From Terriglobia bacterium (GTDB lineage: Bacteria > Acidobacteriota > Terriglobia > Acidiferrales > UBA7541), in the NCBI GenBank assembly GCA_963695545.1, contig OY968796.1, positions 1,056,001 through 1,120,000 of the forward strand: a stretch of DNA of 64,000 nt, given 5' to 3'. The stretch's first letter is position 1; each line of letters opens with the position of its first letter. The notes under the pieces were generated by a model. The model worked only from the letters and a program-made list of their open reading frames with translations. It was not told the DNA's origin and searched no databases. This document shows positions 33,505-42,660 of this stretch, one piece after another. The translations under genes and the position numbers were made by a program.

Positions 33505-35313
33505 TCAGTTGCCCGAGCCCGAATTGCGCATTTGCGCCGTCTCGCTGCTGTGCGTCTTTGACGCGGATTCGACCGCATGCAAGCTTGGTGTGGGCCGCTC
33601 CCAAAGTATGCGTGCCGCGGGCGCGTCGTTTGGATACGCCTCGGCCGATGCATCTCCCGCCGGCTCGAGAACAATGTCGACCCTGCGGTTGTACGCGAGC
33701 CACGTTGCCTTCTTGTGGTCCATCATCCATTTTTGAGGTGACTGCGGGTCGCGCGACTGGATTCCCATCACTTGAACTTCCGTGAGTTGATCCTTTTTGC
33801 CGTCGGCGCGGATCTCAATCTTGTCCGCCGGCACACCTTGCGACACCAGATATTTTTTCACGAGCTGCGCTCGCCTTTCGCTCAGCCCCAGATTGAATTT
33901 TGCGGACCCGCGCACGTCGGCGTGTCCCACGACCATCAACATGTTCTGCGTGTCATATTTGTCGTTGTTCATGAAAGTTTGTGCAGCTTTCGCGAGCTCC
34001 CGCTCCTGGCTGGGCAGCAGGCCTACGCTCGAATGCCGCCGCTCGGGATATTTTGTGGGATAAAAAATACTCGCCAGCGTCACCGGCGGGGGAGGCTCGA
34101 TCGAGCCGACGATGTGCAAAGTTGCCGTTTTGGTGGTTGTTCCGCCGCAGGCGTTGGCCACATGCAGCGTATACGCCACGTCTTGATTGACGGGACCCGT
34201 GCTCGCTTGCGTGGGCGTCGCTTCAATCGACATGCTGCCGTCGGCCGCGACGCTGCCCAACGGCGTGATCGTGACCGTGCTCCCATCGGCCGTCGACCAG
34301 GTCAAGGTCGCGGCGTCCTGCTCCACGACTTTATCGCCGATCTTGCGGTAGGTAACTTCCGGCTGGCTGAACGCTATCGTGGCCGTCGGCTGCGCGTTCA
34401 CGCCGATCGTCGCGCTCCGTTCCACTTCGCCCCCGGGACCTTTCGCCAGCAGTTCGTAGGTGGTCGTTTGTTTTGGCGTCACCGTCTGATCGCCGCTCAC
34501 CGGTACGTTCCCGATGTTGCCTATCGACGTATCCGCCGCATCGGTGGCGTGCCAGTTCAACGTGGCCGATTGCCCGCAGCTCGCTTGGGTCTGCGACGCG
34601 GAAAGTTCCGCCGAAGGCGGCGCGACCGGAATCATCGTGCTGGCTATCCCTGCTTCGAAGCGCGGCTGCGGCCCTAGCGTAAGACCTCGCTTAAAGTTCC
34701 GCGACTCGATCTTGCCGTCGTGGTTGAGAAACACAATTTGGCGTTGCCCGGCCTTCACGTCCACCGGTCCTGACCAGATCGTTTGCCCCTTCTGCCTTAC
34801 CGTCACTTGATAGGTGCCCGGCCTTACCAGCAGCCATTGATGCCACAACCAGTTGTTATCGAACTCATCGACATGGCCCACGAAGTAGGCCGGAGTAGTG
34901 CCGTTCAGAAAGACGGCGCCTTGCGGATGTCCCTTCAATTCGATGTCGCCGAATGGCCCGCTCACTTTGTCGCCGGTCCTATTCAGGGCGACGCTGAGGT
35001 CGGTCGTTTTTCCGGCAACCACGCTTACCGTTTGAGTGTTCGGCGCATAACCATAGTTGTAAACTCCGATAGTGTGTTGGCCCGGACTCAGCTCGATCGT
35101 TTGATTTCCGAAACGATTGGCCTCCCCATCTACGAATACATAGGCTTGCTTTGGATCAACGTGCACTTTCAGTTTTCCCGTATTTGTGGATGACTGCGTG
35201 AATGCGGGCAATGCACATAAACAACTCACAGCCGACACAGCGAGGGCAAGAATTACGGATTTCGTTCGCATTTCGGGATTGATCCTTTCTGGCAATGATT
35301 CCGGCTTGGGCAT
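33505..35313 (-). CDS. Exported PEGA/Ig-like repeat protein with C-terminal OmpA-like peptidoglycan-binding domain
   Basis: Signal peptide, PEGA-like VHVDPKQAYVFVDG, GHADVRGSAKFNLGLSERRA, NRRVDI; alternative start at 35271. Confidence 0.85.
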   Translation of the reverse strand: MPKPESLPERINPEMRTKSVILALAVSAVSCLCALPAFTQSSTNTGKLKVHVDPKQAYVFVDGEANRFGNQTIELSPGQHTIGVYNYGYAPNTQTVSVVAGKTTDLSVALNRTGDKVSGPFGDIELKGHPQGAVFLNGTTPAYFVGHVDEFDNNWLWHQWLLVRPGTYQVTVRQKGQTIWSGPVDVKAGQRQIVFLNHDGKIESRNFKRGLTLGPQPRFEAGIASTMIPVAPPSAELSASQTQASCGQSATLNWHATDAADTSIGNIGNVPVSGDQTVTPKQTTTYELLAKGPGGEVERSATIGVNAQPTATIAFSQPEVTYRKIGDKVVEQDAATLTWSTADGSTVTITPLGSVAADGSMSIEATPTQASTGPVNQDVAYTLHVANACGGTTTKTATLHIVGSIEPPPPVTLASIFYPTKYPERRHSSVGLLPSQERELAKAAQTFMNNDKYDTQNMLMVVGHADVRGSAKFNLGLSERRAQLVKKYLVSQGVPADKIEIRADGKKDQLTEVQVMGIQSRDPQSPQKWMMDHKKATWLAYNRRVDIVLEPAGDASAEAYPNDAPAARILWERPTPSLHAVESASKTHSSETAQMRNSGSGN

Positions 35314-35734
35314 AAACCATCTCTTTAGAAGTTTTGTTGCGAAGCTGCGGCAAACACTTTATTGGGCCCGCTTCATTTCGCCTCCGTTGACCGCTGGCGG
35401 CCACCCCAGCCAGGAGGCGTAGTCCACAGTTTCATTATATCGTGATGCGATATACTTGTGAAGTGTTGCATGGCGGCATATATCGTAGTACGATAGATCG
35501 CAATTCACGGGTGGGCCAGCCGCCGCCTCGCGCGTTTCCTCCATCGGCGGCATGATCGAGCGCTGGCCCACCAACCCAAAATGCCGCGGGCCGTAACTTC
35601 GCGCTCGCGCCGCCTCTCGCTAGTCCGCGCTGCATGATTCGCTGTATGTGCCGTTATTGCGGGTCGCGCTGTCCCGCGCCGAACACCCGATGGCCGGGTG
35701 CGGTCCGCACGCCAAGTGCGATTTGTACCCTAAA

Positions 35735-36067
35735 TTACAGGCTTCCTTTGAACGCGAATGCCACCGCAGCCAGGATGCATACGAAGCTCGCTACGTAATT
35801 CCACTTCGGCGGGGCGCCCAGATAAAAGTACGCAAATACCGCGAACACGGTGAGCGTGATCACTTCCTGGATGATCTTCAGTTGGTACGCGGTGAACTCA
35901 CCATAGCCCCAGCGATTTGCCGGAACCTGAAAACAATACTCGCCGAGCGCAATCATCCAACTGAACACAATCGCCTTGTACAGAGGCACGCTCGGATATT
36001 TTAAATGCCCGTACCACGCGAAGGTCATGAACGTATTTGAAACGCACAGCAGGAGAATTGTTCGCAT
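35735..36067 (-). CDS. DMT family small membrane protein (DUF486-like)
   Basis: SNTFMTFAWYGHLK, EYCFQVPANR, QLKIIQEVITL. Confidence 0.88.
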   Translation of the reverse strand: MRTILLLCVSNTFMTFAWYGHLKYPSVPLYKAIVFSWMIALGEYCFQVPANRWGYGEFTAYQLKIIQEVITLTVFAVFAYFYLGAPPKWNYVASFVCILAAVAFAFKGSL

Positions 36068-36250
36068 CGTGCCCCCTTAGCATCGGCGCCACTGGACGCT
36101 TAAATCCTAACGCAGGAGGGTCCAAGGCGGCAGTTTCAACATGCTAAAATCGACGCGCTTATTTCGGACCAAGAACTATTTGCGAAATCGTTGGCGCGTA
36201 TCGCGTCTCGAAAACAGCACAACTCATTAGAAAGGCAAGGTCCCACGGAC

Positions 36251-37831
36251 ATGACGGAACGAAACGAACGGGCAATTCGCGGCGATCAGCTCGCAATTCT
36301 GACGGCGCTTCTTGTGATGGCGCTGCTCGCGTTCGCGCCGCGGGCGCGCGCGCAATTCGGGCCCCCGAATAACGGCACGTCGCAGCCGGTGGCCACTCAG
36401 CTTCCGCTGTCCGGCCGGACTGGACAATCCGGGTCAGTTGCCACAGCGGATCAGTCCGTGCCCGGAACCACGACCAGCGTCGACACGCTGAACCCCACGG
36501 TGCAAGTGTCCGGCCCCTACACCGGCAGCGCCAGCAGCGCGGCGAAGATGCCGTTCTCCGGCAAGCTATCGCTGCGCGAAGCCATTGCGCGCGGGCTCGC
36601 TTACAATCTCGGCGCCGTTGGCGTAACCCAAGCCGTGCGCCAGGCCGAAGGCCAAAGCCGCGTGGCCCGCAGCACCCTAATGCCGAACGTGAGTGGCGAC
36701 ATCGCCGAGACGTTCGAGACCGAGAATTTAGCCGCGCTCGGCATTCGCATCAACGTTCCGATTTCCGGCTTCACGTTTCCGACGCTTGTGGGTCCGTTCA
36801 ATTACATGGACGTGCGCGCGCGATTGTCGCAGACCGTCGCGAACATGACGGATCTGAATAATTATCGCGCGGCCAAAGAGACCGCAATCGCCGATCAGCT
36901 TTCGGCCGACGACGCGCGCGATCTCGTGGTCCTCGCCGTCAGCGGCGAATATCTCGAAGTGATCGCCGCTCAGGCTCGCGTGCAATCCGCGCAAGCGCAA
37001 CTCGAAACCGCCAACGCCGTCTTCGGCCAAACGCAACAACAATTTCAATTCGGAAAAGTCGCGCAGGTCGACGTCAATCGCAGCCAGGTGGAAGTGTTGA
37101 CCGAGCAGCAGCGCCTGCTCTCGCTCCAGAACGATTTGTCGAAGCAAAAGATCAATCTCGCGCGGCTCACCGGCCTGCCCCCCACCGATCAGTACGAACT
37201 CACCGACGACGTTCCCTATTCCCCCGCGCCGCCGATCACGGTGGACGATGCGTTGAAGCAGGCGTTCGACAATCGTCCGGATCTAAAAGCCGCGGAAGCG
37301 CAGGTCCGCGCAGCGGAGCTTGCCAAGTCCGCCGCGCGCGATGAGCGCCTTCCCTCGCTCGCCGTGAGCGCGGATTTCGGAGCGATCGGCACCAACCCGG
37401 GCGATGCCCGCGCCACTTACACCGTCAGCGGCACGCTCACGGTTCCGATCTGGCAAGGCGGCCGCGCCGGCGGCGACGTCGAAGAAGCCGACGCCGCGTT
37501 GGAACAGCGGCGCGCGGAACTCGACGACGAACACAACCAGATCGAGAGCCAAGTGCGCGAAGCGTATCTCGACGTCGAAGCCGCGGCGAGCCAGGTGGAA
37601 CTGGCCGACAAGAACCGCCAGGTGATCGAGGAGACGCTTGGTGAAACGCGCCTGCGATTGGGCGCCGGCGTCAGCGACAATGTCGAGCTGGTGCAATCGC
37701 AAGAATCGCTGGCCGGCGCGGATCTCGATTACATCGACAGCGTGTTCGCGCACAACGTGGCCAAGCTCAGCCTGGCGCGCGCGATCGGCGGCGCGGCGGA
37801 GAGCCTGCCACAATTCCTGAAAATGCAGTAA
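36251..37831 (+). CDS. TolC family outer-membrane efflux protein
   Basis: LSLREAIARGL, two OEP-like helical repeats, NRPDL, LTVPIWQGG. Confidence 0.88.
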   Translation: MTERNERAIRGDQLAILTALLVMALLAFAPRARAQFGPPNNGTSQPVATQLPLSGRTGQSGSVATADQSVPGTTTSVDTLNPTVQVSGPYTGSASSAAKMPFSGKLSLREAIARGLAYNLGAVGVTQAVRQAEGQSRVARSTLMPNVSGDIAETFETENLAALGIRINVPISGFTFPTLVGPFNYMDVRARLSQTVANMTDLNNYRAAKETAIADQLSADDARDLVVLAVSGEYLEVIAAQARVQSAQAQLETANAVFGQTQQQFQFGKVAQVDVNRSQVEVLTEQQRLLSLQNDLSKQKINLARLTGLPPTDQYELTDDVPYSPAPPITVDDALKQAFDNRPDLKAAEAQVRAAELAKSAARDERLPSLAVSADFGAIGTNPGDARATYTVSGTLTVPIWQGGRAGGDVEEADAALEQRRAELDDEHNQIESQVREAYLDVEAAASQVELADKNRQVIEETLGETRLRLGAGVSDNVELVQSQESLAGADLDYIDSVFAHNVAKLSLARAIGGAAESLPQFLKMQ

Positions 37832-37842
37832 CGAGCGCCGCG

Positions 37843-38226
37843 CTATTTATCAGGTTTCTTGCGATCGACTTTGAGCTCGAGATTCACGCTCGTGCGCGAA
37901 TCGAAGCTCGAGATGGTGTGCGTCGAGGAAGTCATTCCCTCACGTTCGGCGTAAATCTGGTAATCGACGTTCGGATCAAGGCCGCTGTAATTGTAGTTGC
38001 CTTGATCGTCCGAGATATGACTCTGCACGCTCTTCGTGCTCATATTCTCGAGGTAAATGATGGCCTCCGCGATGGGGTTTTCGTCCTTATCCACCACCTG
38101 CCCGGCGACGGTGCGCAACTGCGGCCCCTTATTCTTGCCCTTGCCCTGGTCCTGGTCCTGCGCGAGAGCGCAGCCGGCAGCCAGCAACACGCAAATAAAA
38201 ATCGCAGCCGCGCGCGCCTTCATCAC
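37843..38226 (-). CDS. Exported carboxypeptidase-regulatory-like (transthyretin-like beta-sandwich) domain protein
   Basis: Signal peptide; GQVVDKDENPI...SDDQGNYNYSGL. Confidence 0.8.
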   Translation of the reverse strand: MMKARAAAIFICVLLAAGCALAQDQDQGKGKNKGPQLRTVAGQVVDKDENPIAEAIIYLENMSTKSVQSHISDDQGNYNYSGLDPNVDYQIYAEREGMTSSTHTISSFDSRTSVNLELKVDRKKPDK

Positions 38227-38618
38227 GATTTGCCTCCTCCGACTGGTACCAAGTGCAGCGACAAATCCGCGCGGTCATCTTGCGTGGTGTCGATGTCTTG
38301 CGTCAGCACCTGGTAGCCTTTGGCATCCACGCGCAAGGTGTAGTGCGCGCCCTGCGGAACGTGCAGCGCAAATTCGCCTTCGTCGTCCGAAGCCGTTTCC
38401 CAGCGCCACTTCTTCTCGCCGGCCACGCTCATGCGCACGCGCGCATTCGCGACGGTGAAACCTTGATCGTTGAATATCGTCGCGTGAACCAGGAAATCCG
38501 GTTGGCGCGTTTTCTGCGCAGTGCCCGCGGCGGAAACCGCTACTGCGGCGGCGCAAATCGAAAGCAGTATCACAACGAGACCTGCGCGGAAAATATTCCC
38601 GGACTGCGCGGAGCGCAT
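38223..38618 (-). CDS. Exported carboxypeptidase-regulatory-like domain protein
   Basis: Signal peptide; SDDEGEFALHVP..YTLRVDAKGY; coupled to the downstream paralog; start uncertain. Confidence 0.75.
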   Translation of the reverse strand: MRSAQSGNIFRAGLVVILLSICAAAVAVSAAGTAQKTRQPDFLVHATIFNDQGFTVANARVRMSVAGEKKWRWETASDDEGEFALHVPQGAHYTLRVDAKGYQVLTQDIDTTQDDRADLSLHLVPVGGGKS

Positions 38619-38692
38619 TGCTTCAAACGATTTGACCGGGCTACATCCCAAGGAGATTCTGGCCCTCGATTGCTTTCGACGACGCCTCCGTT

Positions 38693-38941
38693 TCACTCCT
38701 CGTCGTCGTCCTCATCATCGTCATCGTCGTCAGCTTCCAGATCGTCTTCGGGGCCTTTTGCGGGCTCCGGCTCGTCGTCATCGTCGTCGTCATCGTCGTC
38801 GGAAATCACATTCACGTGGACGGGCCGCTTCTGGACGACTTCGAGATCCGTCTCACACTCCAGGCAGGTCAGGATCTCGCCCTCTTCGACCTCGTCCTCG
38901 TCGACATCAACTTCAGCGCCGCATTTCGGACATCGAACCAC
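38693..38941 (-). CDS. LysW-like zinc-ribbon protein with acidic tail (82 aa)
   Basis: GTG start after AAGGAG; CPKCGAE...GEILTCLECETDLEVV. Confidence 0.75.
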   Translation of the reverse strand: MVRCPKCGAEVDVDEDEVEEGEILTCLECETDLEVVQKRPVHVNVISDDDDDDDDDEPEPAKGPEDDLEADDDDDDEDDDEE

Positions 38942-39001
38942 GGTGAGGATCTCCTTCCGAAGGGCTGCTGCCGAGCCACTTCGGCGTATTATATACCGCC
39001 G

Positions 39002-39637
39002 ATGGTAAGCGCGCGACGAACCGAAATCAAGAATCGACGCGAATTCCCAACCCTCCCCGTCGTTGGCGTGGGCGGCGTGGTGATTGACGGCGACACCGCT
39101 CTTCTGATCCGCCGCGGCCACGAACCGCTGAAGAATCAGTGGTCCATTCCCGGCGGCGCGCTCGAACTGGGCGAAACCATTCGCGCCGGGCTCGCGCGCG
39201 AGATGCTCGAAGAAACCGGCTTGATCGTGCGCGTCGGCGAACTGATCGAAGTGTTCGAGCGCATCATCTTGGATGATGGGCCGGACCGCGCGGAGCGCAC
39301 TGCTTCAGCCGATTCAGACCCGAACGCGAAGCCCGATCCAAAATCCGCTTCCGTGCGCGAATCTCAATTGAAGTCGCGGCCGAAGCGCAAGCCGCGCGCG
39401 AAATCGAAACCGGATCGCGCCACGGATCACAGCAATAACGCCGATCGCCCGCGCTACCACTTCGTGATCCTCGACTATCTCTGCGAGCCCATCGGCGGCT
39501 CGCTGCGCGCCGGCAGCGACGTCACGGACGCCCGCTTCGTCCGCCGGCAAGATTTGCCGACGTACGGCCTAACCGAAACCGCCTCCCGCGTTCTGCGTAC
39601 GGCTTTCGAGATGGCGCGCGCACGAGCGAAGAGCTAA
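39002..39637 (+). CDS. NUDIX hydrolase
   Basis: WSIPGGALELGETIRAGLAREMLEETGL Nudix box. Confidence 0.88.
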   Translation: MVSARRTEIKNRREFPTLPVVGVGGVVIDGDTALLIRRGHEPLKNQWSIPGGALELGETIRAGLAREMLEETGLIVRVGELIEVFERIILDDGPDRAERTASADSDPNAKPDPKSASVRESQLKSRPKRKPRAKSKPDRATDHSNNADRPRYHFVILDYLCEPIGGSLRAGSDVTDARFVRRQDLPTYGLTETASRVLRTAFEMARARAKS

Positions 39638-39683
39638 CGCGCGTCGTTCTGTTACGCTCCGCGGTGCGGCCGCCGCCGAGCCG

Positions 39684-40358
39684 TCACCAACCGTACTCGC
39701 CGACCAGCGGCACGAATCGGCAATAATAAAGCGCCACCGACCGCAATTCCCCGGCGACTTTCCGCCCACACATCAACTGCTGTTCATTTGTGCCGCCGAC
39801 CGGCACGATGATCCTGCCGCCCTCGGCCAATTGCTCGATCAGAGGTGGCGGAATCTCCGGCGCCGCGGCCGCCACCAGAATCGCGTCAAACGGCGCAAGG
39901 TCCGGCAATCCCAAAGTGCCATCGCCCGCGTGCACGTGAACGTTGTCGTAGCCGCCGAGCCGCGCCAGTCGCTCGCGCGCGGCAAGCGCCAAGCCCGCGC
40001 GGCTCTCGATCGTGTAAACCTCGCGCGCCAATCGCCCGAGCACCGCCGCCTGATAACCAGACCCCGTGCCCACTTCCAGGACGCGCTCGCAGCCCATGAG
40101 TTCGAGCGCCTCACTCATCGAAGCCACCATGTACGGTTGTGAGATTGTCTGCCCTTCCCCAATCGGCAGCGGCGCGTCGTCATAAGCCCGGGCCCAATAT
40201 TGTTCGGTCACAAATTCGTGCCGCGGCACAACCAGCATCGCCTCCAGCACCCGCTCGGACCGAATTTTCCGCCCGCGTAGTTGCCGACTGACCATTTCCT
40301 CGCGCTTTTCGCGCCGCGCCTCGGCCAGCGTTTCCGGTGTCTCGGGAAGATGATGCAT
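39684..40358 (-). CDS. pcm: Protein-L-isoaspartate O-methyltransferase
   Basis: VPRHEFV, LPIGEGQTISQPYMVA, VLEVGTGSGYQAA, GDGTLG, FVPL. Confidence 0.95.
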   Translation of the reverse strand: MHHLPETPETLAEARREKREEMVSRQLRGRKIRSERVLEAMLVVPRHEFVTEQYWARAYDDAPLPIGEGQTISQPYMVASMSEALELMGCERVLEVGTGSGYQAAVLGRLAREVYTIESRAGLALAARERLARLGGYDNVHVHAGDGTLGLPDLAPFDAILVAAAAPEIPPPLIEQLAEGGRIIVPVGGTNEQQLMCGRKVAGELRSVALYYCRFVPLVGEYGW

Positions 40359-40396
40359 CGAGCGATTATAGCTGCTCACGCTAGTTGACAATATGT

Positions 40397-40527
40397 ACCC
40401 CCCCTCCCCCCGGGTGTTTTTTGGAAGTGTTGATTCTGAACGACTTTAAGTCCTTTGCGCCAGAACTGGTGATTCTAATGGGGTTAAAATGCCGTTTTTC
40501 AGAACTGGTCATTCTAAAAGAGTTGGG
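40397..40527. repeat. Intergenic element: C-rich tract plus three 39-nt-period imperfect repeats
   Basis: Units start at 40423 (GGAAGTGTTGATTCT), 40462 (AGAACTGGTGATTCT) and 40501 (AGAACTGGTCATTCT). Confidence 0.75.
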
Positions 40528-40815
40528 ACGCGAAAATGGCAAAAATGGCCGAATTTGAGTCAAGGAAGCGCCGCGCGACGAGCATGGATGAGACGGGGAA
40601 TGCTCGCGCGGGCGATTTCGTGGGGCGGGGCAGGTTGCCGAAACATTCAGCCGCGAGGGTATGTGGCTGCGATTCATTCCTTATGATAGCATGATGGTAA
40701 TTTCTATGTCAATGTTATTCATCGGCTATTCGAATGGCTGTGGAAATTATTTCGAATGGGACGGCTATGCCGAAAACATCCTTCACAAATCTCGCGCTTA
40801 AGGATGCGCTGCCGT

Positions 40816-41244
40816 TCAATCGACGCGGAGAGCCTGAGCTATCGCCGGCAAGGCGTCAGAGAAATCGCGGTAGCCGTGGGTACGCCTGCTTGTCAATTCA
40901 ATTTGCCACTTGAAGCAATCGTAGTGAATCCGCCGCTGCCACGCCTCCATGTTGGGGTATTCCTGGGCGACTGCGCGAGCCGTGTCGACGTAGGCGTCGA
41001 GCATTCCAAATTTCCCCCTGGCTCTACCGCGCAGCATTTTCTTATGCAAAACGCGCCCCCTAAACGTGCCAAGCGATTCCGAGGTGGCTTTACCGCCGCT
41101 AGTCGTTGGCGCCGTTATCCTATCCAGAGAAGGAATCGTGAGTTCCGGTTCAACGTGGGGTTGGGTCGACCGCAGCTCGTGACTGGCCCAAACTGTTTCA
41201 TTCGCGATTGCAGTGATCAGAAGAAGTGGCAAGGTGGCTTTCAT
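40816..41244 (-). CDS. Possible hypothetical protein or degraded ORF in a lower-GC patch
   Basis: 142-aa ORF with a signal-like N-terminus; no recognised motif. Confidence 0.3.
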   Translation of the reverse strand: MKATLPLLLITAIANETVWASHELRSTQPHVEPELTIPSLDRITAPTTSGGKATSESLGTFRGRVLHKKMLRGRARGKFGMLDAYVDTARAVAQEYPNMEAWQRRIHYDCFKWQIELTSRRTHGYRDFSDALPAIAQALRVD

Positions 41245-41286
41245 TGTGTTGGGCTTTGGCTTGCAGCCTAGGATGGGATTGAGTGG

Positions 41287-41619
41287 TCACGCCGCGCTCA
41301 CAACTCGCATGCGTCCAGACCGCCGCGAGCGGGGCGCGGTCCTTACGACAATTTCGACATCGCGGCCGAGAAGGGTTAAAAAGTGCATCAGTCTTCCAGT
41401 GGAGAAACCAGAGAAGTGGCCCCGCAGAAGCCGTGATATTTTCGGTTGGTCGATCTTCAAGATGCGCGCCGCGTGAGCTTGAGTAAGGCGGCGCGCACGG
41501 ATCGCCTCACCGATGCGAAAGGCGAGGCCCGCCTTAGCGATGTGTTCTTCAGGGTTTGGCAGCCCGATGTCGGCGAAAATATTTCCGCTGCTCTCTTCCA
41601 CTTCGATCACCTTGCTCAT
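41287..41619 (-). CDS. XRE-family HTH antitoxin-like regulator (HigA-like)
   Basis: SSGNIFADIGLPN, LTQAHAARILKIDQPKISRLLRG, FSTGRL; AGGAG RBS. Confidence 0.88.
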   Translation of the reverse strand: MSKVIEVEESSGNIFADIGLPNPEEHIAKAGLAFRIGEAIRARRLTQAHAARILKIDQPKISRLLRGHFSGFSTGRLMHFLTLLGRDVEIVVRTAPRSRRSGRMRVVSAA

Positions 41620-41653
41620 GTTCGCTTGTCTCCTGCCTGTCGCTCCATCCATT

Positions 41654-41671
41654 TATGCCTAAACGAGCATA
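41654..41671. promoter_or_regulatory. Palindromic operator within the putative promoter of the XRE gene
   Basis: TATGC-N8-GCATA lying within minus-strand TTGAAG-17-ATAAAT. Confidence 0.5.
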
Positions 41672-41730
41672 GCCTTCAAGTGAAAATTGCCGTTCGCTTT
41701 CGCGCGGCCTGCAAGGCCCGTACTACGCGA

Positions 41731-42207
41731 TTAGAACCGGGACGCGATCAGCAGGCCGGCGGCGATCGCCAGCGCATCTCCCAAGACGGCGATGACGAAA
41801 TCGGGAACCTTGAGCGCTTTGACGAGACCTGTGCGAAGCGCGTAACCCGCGAAGGCGCCGGCGACGGCACCGACCGCGCCCAAGACGGTGGCGAGCGCGA
41901 TTGATTGCATTCCCGCGGCGGCAAGGCACGCGCCGGAAAGGGCGCCGAGAATGATACGGGCAAACATGCCGCGCGGTTTTAATCGGCTGGGAGTTGAGGG
42001 GAGTTTATCCATGATCAGCTCGAAGACCGCGAGCAGAGTGAAGATCACGACGGAGGCGGTCGAGCCCATGAAGGCAAGGCGCGTGTAGTGGAGATTGAGC
42101 CACTTTAAATGAGCGCCCCAGGCCACGGTGGCGGGCGCGGTGAAGGAGCGCAAGCCAGAGACGGCACCGATAAGAAGTGCCAGAAGCAAAACTTCGGAGG
42201 GATTCAT
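41731..42207 (-). CDS. DUF4126-like membrane protein
   Basis: GAVSGLRSFTAP, ELIMDKLPSTPSR; four hydrophobic segments. Confidence 0.78.
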   Translation of the reverse strand: MNPSEVLLLALLIGAVSGLRSFTAPATVAWGAHLKWLNLHYTRLAFMGSTASVVIFTLLAVFELIMDKLPSTPSRLKPRGMFARIILGALSGACLAAAGMQSIALATVLGAVGAVAGAFAGYALRTGLVKALKVPDFVIAVLGDALAIAAGLLIASRF

Positions 42208-42292
42208 CGGCGATCTCCTCAGTACGTAAGTTGCTCGGGCGTTAGCGGCCCGCCTGCGCCAGACGCCTTCGCTGGCGCTACTGCGGCTTCGT

Positions 42293-42660
42293 CGCGGCTA
42301 GGGCGACGGAGAGATCCCTTCCGCCGCGGCGGACTCGGGATGACCGTGCACGAACCGCACGGTCACGGCTACCGAGAGATCCCTCGACGGAGCTCGGGAT
42401 GACCGTGCACGAACCGCACGGCTACGGCTACCGAGAGATCCCTCGACGGGGCTCGGGATGACCGTGCACGGACCGCGCGGCTAGGGCGGCGGAGAGATCC
42501 CTCGACGGAGCTCGGGATGACCGCGCACGGACCGCACGGCTACGGCTGCCGAGAGATCCCTCGACTGCGCTCGGGATGACCGTGCACGAACCGCACGGCT
42601 ACGGCTGCCGAGAGATCCCTCGACTGCGCTCGGGATGACCGTGCACGAACCGCACGGTCA
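42293..42660. repeat. Tandem array of six REP-like palindromic units (59-nt period)
   Basis: GAGAGATCCCT...CTCGGGATGACC at 42309, 42374, 42433, 42492, 42551 and 42610. Confidence 0.92.

Noticed and set aside
40381..40686. Small ORFs 40381-40677 (-) and 40489-40686 (+)
   Set aside because: They run through the 39-nt repeat element and show no clear RBS or recognisable motif.
42293..42660. CRISPR array
   Set aside because: The sequences between palindromes are near-identical rather than unique spacers; no cas genes or leader are present.
30276..42660. Integrative element or prophage at the tRNA
   Set aside because: I saw no integrase, phage genes or duplicated tRNA 3' end; much of the content looks like ordinary chromosomal genes.
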